From a virus (taxonomy: Duplodnaviria > Caudoviricetes): a DNA stretch of 43,090 nt. The stretch lies in IMG/VR virus record IMGVR_UViG_3300020045_000650, positions 1-43,090 of that record; one strand, written 5' to 3'. The position numbers and the translations under genes are program-made. Under the pieces are notes generated by a model. The model searched no databases and was not told the DNA's origin. It saw only the letters and a list, made by a program, of their open reading frames with translations. Within the stretch, counting starts at the first letter, position 1; each line of letters starts with the position of its first letter. Below are positions 7,819 to 15,450 of this stretch, piece after piece.

Positions 7819-8219
7819 TAGAACAAGATCCCAACGGATTGAAAGCTAACGAACCTGGAGCCAAACTGGATCAAGGCAAGCCTAGAATTGGATTGATGAC
7901 GGAATCCTTTCCGCTTGCTTTGACTGCTGTTTCTGCTATCTCGACCTATGGAGCCGTCAAATACAGTCGTGGTGGCTGGGCTCATGTTCCAAATGGTATC
8001 GACCGTTACACCGACGCCATGCTACGCCACCTGCTGGACCCTCGCTTTGACGATCCTGAGTCCGGCCTACCTCACGCCGCCCATGCCGCCTGGAATGCCC
8101 TCGCAAGGCTGGAACTGATGCTTAGAGACAGGGTTAGAGCGTTCGGGCCTCTCCCTGGCTACTCGCCTTGTGTGTTGCAGGACTACAAAGTTTGTGATAC
8201 TTGCGGAGATTGCAAATGA
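7815..8219 (+). CDS. dATP/dGTP diphosphohydrolase domain protein (DUF5664)
   Basis: GAKLDQGKPR..TYGAVKY...W...RYTDAMLRHL..DPESGLPHAAHAAWNALA signature. Confidence 0.85.
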   Translation: MIEQDPNGLKANEPGAKLDQGKPRIGLMTESFPLALTAVSAISTYGAVKYSRGGWAHVPNGIDRYTDAMLRHLLDPRFDDPESGLPHAAHAAWNALARLELMLRDRVRAFGPLPGYSPCVLQDYKVCDTCGDCK

Positions 8220-8425
8220 GCGACTTCATAGATAGAGACAACCTTGTTAACAAATGTGCTGAAATTGCATCTGATTCCAATAGCATCACAGCTTTTGTTT
8301 TACTGTGGGAAAAAGATGGAATTTTAAATTATTCTAGGGATGGAGGTTTGCATACTCAATTAGGTATGACTCAATTTATGTTGGGTGACATTAATCACGC
8401 TGTTGAGAATGCGGTGAAAGAATGA
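8216..8425 (+). CDS. Hypothetical protein
   Basis: ATGA overlap, GGAG RBS. Confidence 0.6.
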   Translation: MSDFIDRDNLVNKCAEIASDSNSITAFVLLWEKDGILNYSRDGGLHTQLGMTQFMLGDINHAVENAVKE

Positions 8426-8580
8426 GATACAACATATTTTTAACAATACAGGGCGAGCCTGCTACGTTTGTCAACTGCAAAAACTTGATTATCGGAAACA
8501 CATATATTGAGTTTGAAACAGACGATCTAAGGCGTATTGTCTATAGTGGCGATTTCTTTATTGAAGAGGTTTCCCGATGA
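8422..8580 (+). CDS. Hypothetical protein (52 aa)
   Basis: Manual translation MRYNIFLTIQGEP...IEEVSR; ATGA overlaps on both sides. Confidence 0.55.
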   Translation: MRYNIFLTIQGEPATFVNCKNLIIGNTYIEFETDDLRRIVYSGDFFIEEVSR

Positions 8581-8951
8581 CCCCAGAGCAAATTGGAAAA
8601 GGAAAGTCCGAACACGCTCAACAGGCCGCTTTGTTTTGTTGGGCCGCTGCATATCCCGAACTGAAATGGATGTTTGCAATCCCCAACGGTGGAACACGAG
8701 ATAGGATTACCGCTGGCAAATTGAAAGCCGAAGGCGTCAAAGCTGGCGTGGCTGATATCTTTCTACCTGTGGGCAAAGAAAACAGTAACGGCCTATGGAT
8801 TGAAATGAAAAATGCTATTGGAAAACCTTCCGATAAGCAAGTTGAGTTTCAAAAAGACATGGTTCGAGCCGGATACGCTCATGTTATTTGTCACAGTTGG
8901 GAAGAAGGTAGAGACGCCATCGTTACATACATGCGAGGATCGAATGGCTAA
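8577..8951 (+). CDS. VRR-NUC domain nuclease (Holliday junction resolvase-like)
   Basis: EHAQQ..FAIPNGG.R...LKAEGVKAGVADIF..WIEMK...SDKQ. Confidence 0.9.
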   Translation: MTPEQIGKGKSEHAQQAALFCWAAAYPELKWMFAIPNGGTRDRITAGKLKAEGVKAGVADIFLPVGKENSNGLWIEMKNAIGKPSDKQVEFQKDMVRAGYAHVICHSWEEGRDAIVTYMRGSNG

Positions 8952-9111
8952 AACTACTAGCAAAATGATTGCCGAAGCCAAGCGCATTGTAAAAGATACC
9001 GTATATACTTGCAAAGTAATGTATCCTAATATTTCAACCGAAGGCTTGCTTTACGAAGCTGCTTTGCATATCGCCAAAGAGAATATTAGACTAAAGGAGT
9101 TGATAAAATGA
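8944..9111 (+). CDS. Hypothetical protein
   Basis: GAGG RBS before ATG 8944, coupled to neighbours. Confidence 0.55.
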   Translation: MAKTTSKMIAEAKRIVKDTVYTCKVMYPNISTEGLLYEAALHIAKENIRLKELIK

Positions 9112-9818
9112 GCGAAAACAAACTTCGTTTAACAACCTTTACAGAAATTGAGCTTCTTGAAAAACTTGATCGCGCTTATCGCAGGATTGATGAGTTGGAG
9201 CGCAAGAACTCCGCTGGTGACACCTTGGCGACAGATTTGGTGACGGAAGTTGACGACCTCCGTGCCCGTCTGGAGCAAGCCGAGGCCACCAAGGACGCCG
9301 CGATGGCCCATGGCGCAGCTATGGAGGCCAGGGTGCAGGAGTTGGAGGCTGAAAACAGAAGTTTGGATCTTTCAAACGAAAGAATTTTGAAAGATCTAAA
9401 TCGATTTATTGAAGTCGAAGACCGTCTGGCCGCCTACGAGGCCGCAGAGGAACAACTGGGAATGGCTAGGCGAGAGCTTGACGCCGCCATTGCCGAACGG
9501 GACCGCTACAAGAAGGAACTCGAATCCCTGGACGAGCCGCGCAACATGACGGTCGAGATCAGCGAACTGAAATACATGTTGGAGCAGGCAAGGACCGAGC
9601 GGGACCAAGAACGACAGTCCGCCCAATTGGACAGGAATCGTCTGCTAGTCATGGTCGAAGATGCAGAAATGCGCCTAACCGCCGCCCGCCAGAAGGGAGC
9701 TGAGGCGCTGAAGCCGTGGTTGCTTCACAAGGAAGAGTGTTTCCTCATACCCCATGCGCACAAGACCCATGAACGTTGCACCTGCGGGCTTCGCGAAGCC
9801 CTGGGGAAGGAGAATTGA
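9108..9818 (+). CDS. Coiled-coil protein (Ead/Ea22-like architecture)
   Basis: Heptad E/R/L/A-rich body, C-terminal H..EC...CTCGL motif. Confidence 0.65.
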   Translation: MSENKLRLTTFTEIELLEKLDRAYRRIDELERKNSAGDTLATDLVTEVDDLRARLEQAEATKDAAMAHGAAMEARVQELEAENRSLDLSNERILKDLNRFIEVEDRLAAYEAAEEQLGMARRELDAAIAERDRYKKELESLDEPRNMTVEISELKYMLEQARTERDQERQSAQLDRNRLLVMVEDAEMRLTAARQKGAEALKPWLLHKEECFLIPHAHKTHERCTCGLREALGKEN

Positions 9819-9819
9819 A

Positions 9820-9957
9820 ATGAAACTTGCTAGCGTATACATCGAAAAGCGTGAATGGGCATTGCCTTTTTCCATTAGTGTTTTTAAATACAATTTCCAT
9901 TTAGGGTTCCTTTGTTTTTGGTTTGTTATTGAAAGGTCTAGAAATGATAATCGCTAA
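9820..9957 (+). CDS. Small aromatic-rich hypothetical protein (45 aa)
   Basis: AAGGAG RBS; MKLASVYIEKREW... Confidence 0.5.
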   Translation: MKLASVYIEKREWALPFSISVFKYNFHLGFLCFWFVIERSRNDNR

Positions 9958-10528
9958 ACATTCTGCAAAACTGCTTTCCGTTACTCCTAACGCTTTGGAA
10001 CTTATTGAACAAGCCGGAAGGATTTGTTACAAGTCCGAACCGAACGGCAATCCAGAGGCTTTCATAGCAAAGCTTGTTAACAATAAGCACTTGTCTGTAA
10101 TCGAACACGCCTCCGCAACAATCTTGATCGGAACTGACAGAGGCGTTACTCATGAGCTTGTTCGACATCGATTGGCTAGTTACTCTCAGGTAAGCACTCG
10201 ATACGTCAATTACAATAAGAAGCAAATTGCTTTTGTCATACCCGTCGAATTGAAAGGCAATGGTTTGGCTTGTAATATATGGACAGGAGCGATGGAGCAT
10301 TGCCAAGAAGCTTACGAAATAATGATACAAGCCGGATGTAGCCCACAGAACGCTAGATCGGTGCTTCCAAATTCGCTGTATACGGAAATCGTTGTTACGA
10401 TGAATTTCCGTTCCTGGCTACATTTCCTTGAGCTTCGCACAGCCCCAAACGCTCATCCTGACATGCGAGCCGTGGCTGAATTGGTCAAGAACGAACTTAT
10501 CAAGGCATGTCCTGTAATTTTTGCTTGA
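9944..10528 (+). CDS. thyX: FAD-dependent thymidylate synthase ThyX
   Basis: AGRICY, HLSVIEH, RGVTHELVRHRLASYSQVSTRY (RHRX7S), ARSVLP, NFRSWLHFLELR. Confidence 0.95.
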   Translation: MIIAKHSAKLLSVTPNALELIEQAGRICYKSEPNGNPEAFIAKLVNNKHLSVIEHASATILIGTDRGVTHELVRHRLASYSQVSTRYVNYNKKQIAFVIPVELKGNGLACNIWTGAMEHCQEAYEIMIQAGCSPQNARSVLPNSLYTEIVVTMNFRSWLHFLELRTAPNAHPDMRAVAELVKNELIKACPVIFA

Positions 10529-10552
10529 CACATTCCTGTGGGCATCTATTCT
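10525..10552 (+). promoter_or_regulatory. Sigma70-like promoter with CCTGTGGGCA in its spacer
   Basis: TTGACA-cattcctgtgggcatc-TATTCT (16-nt spacer). Confidence 0.6.
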
Positions 10553-10557
10553 AAACG

Positions 10558-10703
10558 AATGAGGAGTCTAGGCTCTGATACAGGTAATGGAGTAGTGTCC
10601 TTTCAAAATTGATCTTGGGTAAGCGAGTGACCCCAAGAGAAGGTTTTGGGCCTGTGTTCTTTGTAAGGCCGGGAAACGCAGTCGCGTAACCCCGGCCTTA
10701 TTT
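10558..10703 (+). ncRNA. Candidate structured small RNA or leader
   Basis: Gap with no listed ORF between a promoter and a 10-bp hairpin (TAAGGCCGGG/CCCGGCCTTA + TTT); internal TCTTGGG/CCCAAGA stem. Confidence 0.35.
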
Positions 10704-10718
10704 ATTGGAGGGTTTTGC

Positions 10719-10904
10719 ATGACACGATATGTTGTTTCTGGAAACACCTTTCCCGTTAGGTATGAGCTTGGCCTTTGCGGTTGCCGTTACAAGGATGGCA
10801 AATGGACCACAGAAAGAGCCGACATACTTGAAGCTTTGAACAAACTGGGCTGTCGCTCAAAAAATTTGAAAGTTTCTGTTGACAGGACCGAAACCAAATC
10901 TTAA
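10719..10904 (+). CDS. Hypothetical protein
   Basis: 61 aa, GGAGG RBS; VSGNTFPVRYEL..G.R pattern seen in phage proteins. Confidence 0.65.
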   Translation: MTRYVVSGNTFPVRYELGLCGCRYKDGKWTTERADILEALNKLGCRSKNLKVSVDRTETKS

Positions 10905-10907
10905 CCT
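10879..10907 (+). promoter_or_regulatory. Sigma70-like promoter
   Basis: TTGACA-17 nt-TAACCT upstream of the AGGAG RBS for 10950. Confidence 0.6.
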
Positions 10908-10949
10908 TGTGTATCGACCAACACGGTCACAACCCAAAGGAGAAACCCA

Positions 10950-11528
10950 GTGGCTACCAAGCTTGAAACTCTGATTGAAATCGGCAACGCAATGCAGGAG
11001 GAGCCTAACTTCAAGTTTGTCTCCCATTCTTCCGTCAAGACCTTTGTTAAGCAGGGGCTTGTGGAAATCAACGAAGACATCAAGAATGAAGACCTTCATA
11101 TTGCCGCTCGACTTACCGAAGCTGGCATCAATTACGTCAAGGAGAACCTGACTATGACCCCTGTTGTTGAAACCCCTATCGTCAACGCTTCCGGCTTTGA
11201 AATCATCGCCGATGTCCCGATGCCCAAGAGCAAGCGCGGTGGCAACCTGAACGGTGGCCGGAAGTGCAAGTATCCCTTTGATGCTCTCCAGGTGGGTCAG
11301 ATGTTCTTCGTCCCTGCCACTGAGAAGACCCCTGATCCTGCCAAGTCCATGATCGGTGTGGTGTCTGGCGCTAACAAGCGTTACGCCAGCCCTGCTTCTG
11401 ACGGTGCTACCAAGATCAATCGTAAGGGTGAGGAGATTCCCGTTCTGATCTACGGTCGCAAGTTCGTGGTCCGTCCTTACACCACCAAGGATGGCATCGA
11501 AGGCGCTGGTGTTTGGCGCGAAAAGTAA
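10950..11528 (+). CDS. Putative abundant DNA-binding protein (winged-helix-like N-terminus plus basic C-terminal domain)
   Basis: GLVEINE...ARLTEAGINYV resembles a wHTH wing; VPMPKSKRGG..KYPFDALQVGQMFFVP..RKFVVR..GVWR is a recurrent phage domain; codon use resembles the MCP gene. Confidence 0.6.
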   Translation: MATKLETLIEIGNAMQEEPNFKFVSHSSVKTFVKQGLVEINEDIKNEDLHIAARLTEAGINYVKENLTMTPVVETPIVNASGFEIIADVPMPKSKRGGNLNGGRKCKYPFDALQVGQMFFVPATEKTPDPAKSMIGVVSGANKRYASPASDGATKINRKGEEIPVLIYGRKFVVRPYTTKDGIEGAGVWREK

Positions 11529-11544
11529 TTAGCTCGATAGTCGG

Positions 11545-11573
11545 TTGACACGATTGGTGAGTGTGATTAAATA
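11545..11573 (+). promoter_or_regulatory. Sigma70-like promoter
   Basis: TTGACA-17 nt-TAAATA. Confidence 0.45.
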
Positions 11574-11615
11574 GTTTACCCTGGGTCATTCCCGAAAAGA
11601 CTAGCCGAAAAGATC

Positions 11616-11642
11616 GCCCCTTCCTTTTAGGAGGGGGTTTTT
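11616..11642 (+). terminator. Rho-independent terminator
   Basis: CCCCTTCC-tttta-GGAGGGGG followed by TTTTT. Confidence 0.75.
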
Positions 11643-11694
11643 GTTTGCCTTGGTCACAGCTTGCCTTAGACTGAATCAAAGAGGAGGAGGCGTC

Positions 11695-12006
11695 GTGCCC
11701 GAAAGAATTAACGAAACATTTAAAACAGTAATGCCTTGGGTGGCGACAATCCTACTTTCGTCTTGGGGTGGAACCGTGGCATATATAACGAAGAATCGAA
11801 AACGACAATTCCGAATGCGCGATTTGCTTTTTGATCTAATTGTATCTTCTTTTGCCGGGATCATGATGCACCTGCTATGTTCCCATGCTGGATTGGATCA
11901 ACGCATTTCGGCAGTTCTGATTGCTATCTCAGGCCACATGGGGACAAGGGCCATTGCTGGATTTGAGAAGTTTAGGGACGCAATGTTTGGGGGCACCGAT
12001 GCTTAA
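11695..12006 (+). CDS. Holin (LydA-like phage holin family)
   Basis: Three hydrophobic segments, WGGTVAY...SSFAG...ISGHMGTRAI motif; GAGGAGGAGG RBS, GTG start. Confidence 0.8.
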   Translation: MPERINETFKTVMPWVATILLSSWGGTVAYITKNRKRQFRMRDLLFDLIVSSFAGIMMHLLCSHAGLDQRISAVLIAISGHMGTRAIAGFEKFRDAMFGGTDA

Positions 12007-12256
12007 ATTGAAGTTGATTGAAGAGTGGAAGGACGCCAAGCGATGGTTTAGCATCCACGCTATGCTGTGGGCATCGGTTGTTCAAATCGTATGGGCCGAA
12101 CTGCCTGAAGATTTGAAAAGCTATCTTCCCTCTAAGTATGTTTCTATTCTGACTGTGACCTTGCTTGTGCTTGGCATCGGTGGAAGACTTGTTAATCAGG
12201 AAACTAACAAAACCCAACTTACAAAGGATAAACAAAATGAAAACATTTGCGTTTAA
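11999..12256 (+). CDS. Second lysis membrane protein (holin/antiholin-like)
   Basis: KLIEEWKDAKRWFS...WAELPEDLK..two TMs..GRLVNQ, a family common in lysis cassettes. Confidence 0.7.
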   Translation: MLKLKLIEEWKDAKRWFSIHAMLWASVVQIVWAELPEDLKSYLPSKYVSILTVTLLVLGIGGRLVNQETNKTQLTKDKQNENICV

Positions 12257-12421
12257 AACTTTGCATTACGAAAAGCGGTTTCCTGAAAAACAAAAAAGTA
12301 TTTTGTATAAAGAATTTCGATTTTGTTTTTTCAATTGGTTTTTGACAATTCGCAACGATCTTAAAATGGCCTTTGGTCATCGCGTTTCGTTTAGAAATGG
12401 AAAACCTTGTTAATCAGGAAA
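12188..12421 (+). repeat. 16-bp direct repeats flanking an AT-rich insert
   Basis: CTTGTTAATCAGGAAA at 12188-12203 and 12406-12421. Confidence 0.85.
12237..12413 (+). CDS. Small basic/aromatic hypothetical protein within the insert
   Basis: 58 aa MKTFAFKTLHYEKRF..., AAGGA RBS. Confidence 0.5.
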   Translation: MKTFAFKTLHYEKRFPEKQKSILYKEFRFCFFNWFLTIRNDLKMAFGHRVSFRNGKPC

Positions 12422-12430
12422 GGGTAAAGA

Positions 12431-12898
12431 ATGACGCGAACCAAGAACCTGCATCCTAACGTTTCTGCTTTTTTGGACATGCTTTCTTTTTCCGAAGGAA
12501 CGAATCGATACGGCAACGACGAAGGATACAATGTCATTGTCGGCGGAAAGCTTTTCGATTCATACGAGAAGCATCCTGGTGTTTTAGTAAGGCTCAATTC
12601 AAAATTGACTTCAACCGCTGCCGGAAGATATCAGATTTTGGAACGATACTGGAATACCTATCGAAAACAATTGAATCTTCCAGACTTCAGCCCTGAGTCG
12701 CAAGACGCCTATGCTGTCAACATTCTGAAGGAACGTTGCGCCACTAAGCCTCTCGAAGCTGGAGACATCAAGACCGCCATCAAGCGTTGCGCTAATATCT
12801 GGGCCTCGCTTCCTGGTGCTGGATACGGACAGCGCGAAAACAAAGAAGAAGTTTTGATTGCAAAGTATAAGGAGTTTGGCGGAAATGTTAATTGTTAG
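12431..12898 (+). CDS. Endolysin, lambda R-type lytic transglycosylase (GH24/GH104-like)
   Basis: AFLDMLSFSEGT, STAAGRYQIL, DFSPESQD, WASLPGAGYGQRE. Confidence 0.93.
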   Translation: MTRTKNLHPNVSAFLDMLSFSEGTNRYGNDEGYNVIVGGKLFDSYEKHPGVLVRLNSKLTSTAAGRYQILERYWNTYRKQLNLPDFSPESQDAYAVNILKERCATKPLEAGDIKTAIKRCANIWASLPGAGYGQRENKEEVLIAKYKEFGGNVNC

Positions 12899-13484
12899 CA
12901 ATTACATTCGAGTTGCAAAGATGGCCGCCGTTGTTGCGGCCATCTTTTGTTTGATTGGTCTTGGCTACTATTTGGGCAAACCCAAAGATGTAAAAGTTGA
13001 TAACACTTTGATCGAAAAGGTAAAGACTCTTGAGATTGAAAAGAACGCGGCTAACGAAGCCTCAAACAAGTCTTTGGCCCTGGCAAATGAGATCGAATCT
13101 CAGCGTTTAAGCCTGTCTTGGGACAGAGCTAGGCAGAAGGTGGAGATGGATCGTCTCAGGGCTCTTGTGGCTACCCAGACAAAGCCCCAGGTGCTCCAAG
13201 ACGATTCCAGAGACGCCTTGATCGAAAAGCAAACGGAATACATCACCGGTCTTGAATCTGATAAGAATCTATTGACATCCGAAAACGATCTTTTGCGTAA
13301 ATCAATAAAAGAAAAAGACATTGCTTTGAATCTATCTGAGGAAAAGTTCAAAGCTTATTCGCTATCCAAAGATACTCAAATTGCAGCTATGAAAAGCGAT
13401 ACTTGGAAATCGAACGTCAAGGCATTTGGTTTGGGTTTTGGCACTGGCTTGGGTGTCGGTCTGTATTTTAGGTTGCGTTTCTGA
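12885..13484 (+). CDS. Spanin-like membrane-anchored coiled-coil protein
   Basis: Follows the endolysin; N-terminal TM, long coiled coil, Gly/aromatic C-terminus. Confidence 0.6.
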   Translation: MLIVSNYIRVAKMAAVVAAIFCLIGLGYYLGKPKDVKVDNTLIEKVKTLEIEKNAANEASNKSLALANEIESQRLSLSWDRARQKVEMDRLRALVATQTKPQVLQDDSRDALIEKQTEYITGLESDKNLLTSENDLLRKSIKEKDIALNLSEEKFKAYSLSKDTQIAAMKSDTWKSNVKAFGLGFGTGLGVGLYFRLRF

Positions 13485-13522
13485 GGCGGTAATATCATAT
13501 TGCTTTAGGGGGATGAGATGCT

Positions 13523-13972
13523 ATGGAATTTTCAGAGTTAAAAATAAACTTCGCAAAGCTGCTTTTTCTTGATCCGGGCAACCCGTTCGCCTGTGGGCAG
13601 AAGCTTTTTCCAGGTGATGTTGGCCACGCTTGTATGGCGGCTGTTGAATGGAAAAACGATCCTATTGTTGTCGCTGAAATGGAACGTTTGGCGGCCGAAA
13701 CCCCACCTGAAAGTTTGATTGCTAGTAAGATTGAGACTATGCAGCGAGCTTGGCGTATTGCGAATGACGATGGTGTTAATCCAAAAGAGCAAGTTGCCTC
13801 ACTTCGTTTGTATGCCGAAATGGCCGAATACATGCCTGAAAAGACAATGACCAAAAACATTAATAAGAATGAGGTTGTTAATCGTGTGATGGTTGTAAAA
13901 GATCATGGCGAAGACGAAAATTGGGAAACGAAGGCTGAAGATCAGCAACGAAAGCTAATCAATGCAAACTGA
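13523..13972 (+). CDS. Terminase small subunit (putative)
   Basis: Directly upstream of and overlapping TerL; helical 149 aa ending RVMVVKDHG..WE..A..QQRKL. Confidence 0.7.
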   Translation: MEFSELKINFAKLLFLDPGNPFACGQKLFPGDVGHACMAAVEWKNDPIVVAEMERLAAETPPESLIASKIETMQRAWRIANDDGVNPKEQVASLRLYAEMAEYMPEKTMTKNINKNEVVNRVMVVKDHGEDENWETKAEDQQRKLINAN

Positions 13973-15443
13973 AGTTATCTGGAAACCGATTCCCAATAGT
14001 AGCCAAGAGCTTGCCTTAGATGCTAGATCTGAGGAAATTCTTTATACAGGAAATCGGGGTCCAGGTAAGACCGATACTCAGTTGATGTTTTTTAGACGTT
14101 ATGTAGGTGTAGGCTACGGCAGATTTTGGCGTGGCGTAATTTTCGATAGAGAATATAAGAACCTTGACGATTTGGTTGCAAAATCAAAACGTTGGTTTAG
14201 CGCGTTTGGCGATGGAGCAAGGTTCCTTAGTTCTAAGGGCGAATATAAGTGGGTTTGGGCAACTGGCGAAGAATTGATGTTTCGATCTATTAAAAAGTTA
14301 GACGATTATTGGAACTTTCACGGTCAAGAATTTCCGTTTATTGGTTGGAACGAAATGACTAAGTTTCCTACATCGGAACTTTACGACATGATGCTTTCTT
14401 GTAATCGATCTTCGTTTACACCTGAGAAGGACAATCCAGAACTTCCATCGATTCCGCTTGTTATTTTCTCAACCTGCAACCCCTATGGGCCGGGTCACGC
14501 TTGGGTAAAAAGAGAGTGGATTGACCCAGTTCCTTACGGCAAGGTGCAACGAAAAGATATCGAGGTATTCAATCCTAAGACGCAAAAAGAAGAAGTTGTA
14601 ACTAGACGAAGAGTTTGCATCTTCGGTTCTTACAAAGAAAACATCTATTTAGATCCTTTGTATGTCGCATCGCTCAATAATATCACCGATGAAAACATGC
14701 GCGAAGCATGGCTTAAAGGAAACTGGGATATTGTTGCTGGTGGTGCTTTGGATGACGTTTGGAATAAGAAGGTTCACGTCAAGCAACGTTTTCGAGTCCC
14801 TGCAAGCTGGCGCATTGATCGTTCTTTCGATTGGGGCTCCAGTCATCCGTTTAGCGTAGGATGGTGGGCCGAAGCTTCGGGCGAAGAAGCCATTTTGCCC
14901 ACAGGTGAGGTTTTCTGTCCGGTTCGAGGTAGCCTAATCCAAATTGCAGAATGGTATGGAACAAAGCAAATTGGAACGAACAAGGGCCTAAAGATGTCGG
15001 CGGGTGACATTGCTGTGGGCATCAAGAAAAGAGAAATCGAAATGTTGCGCGATGGCTGGATTCAAACGCAACCTTATTCCGGTCCTGCTGATAACCAAAT
15101 TGGTCAAATAAGAGAAGCCGACGTTGAATCTATTTCTACGAAGATGGCAAAAACTGGTATCAGGTGGCTGGAATCAGATAAGAGTCCTGGTAGTAGAAAA
15201 ATTGGTTTGCAGCTTATTCGTGACAGATTGAAAGACGCTGTTGACCTTGAATCTCCGGGGTTGTATTTTATGGATAATTGCAGAGCTACGTTGGCTCTAT
15301 TGCCGATTCTTCCAAGAGACACTTCCGACTTGGACGATGTTGATACAACTGCCGAAGATCACGCCTATGATATGATTCGATATCGAGTTACCAAGGGCAA
15401 CAATAGAACTGCTAAGGAAATCAACGTTAGTTTCATGTCGTGA
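13962..15443 (+). CDS. terL: Terminase large subunit
   Basis: Walker A GNRGPGKT, FIGWNEMT Walker B-like, TCNPYGPGH, RuvC-like FDWG...PAD...EDHAYDMIRY. Confidence 0.95.
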   Translation: MQTEVIWKPIPNSSQELALDARSEEILYTGNRGPGKTDTQLMFFRRYVGVGYGRFWRGVIFDREYKNLDDLVAKSKRWFSAFGDGARFLSSKGEYKWVWATGEELMFRSIKKLDDYWNFHGQEFPFIGWNEMTKFPTSELYDMMLSCNRSSFTPEKDNPELPSIPLVIFSTCNPYGPGHAWVKREWIDPVPYGKVQRKDIEVFNPKTQKEEVVTRRRVCIFGSYKENIYLDPLYVASLNNITDENMREAWLKGNWDIVAGGALDDVWNKKVHVKQRFRVPASWRIDRSFDWGSSHPFSVGWWAEASGEEAILPTGEVFCPVRGSLIQIAEWYGTKQIGTNKGLKMSAGDIAVGIKKREIEMLRDGWIQTQPYSGPADNQIGQIREADVESISTKMAKTGIRWLESDKSPGSRKIGLQLIRDRLKDAVDLESPGLYFMDNCRATLALLPILPRDTSDLDDVDTTAEDHAYDMIRYRVTKGNNRTAKEINVSFMS

Positions 15444-15450
15444 GGTTAAA

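Noticed and set aside
7815-8219. Z-base (2-aminoadenine) genome
   Set aside because: No PurZ homologue recognisable in an apparently complete genome
10558-10703. tRNA gene
   Set aside because: No TTCGA T-loop, cloverleaf or CCA end could be traced
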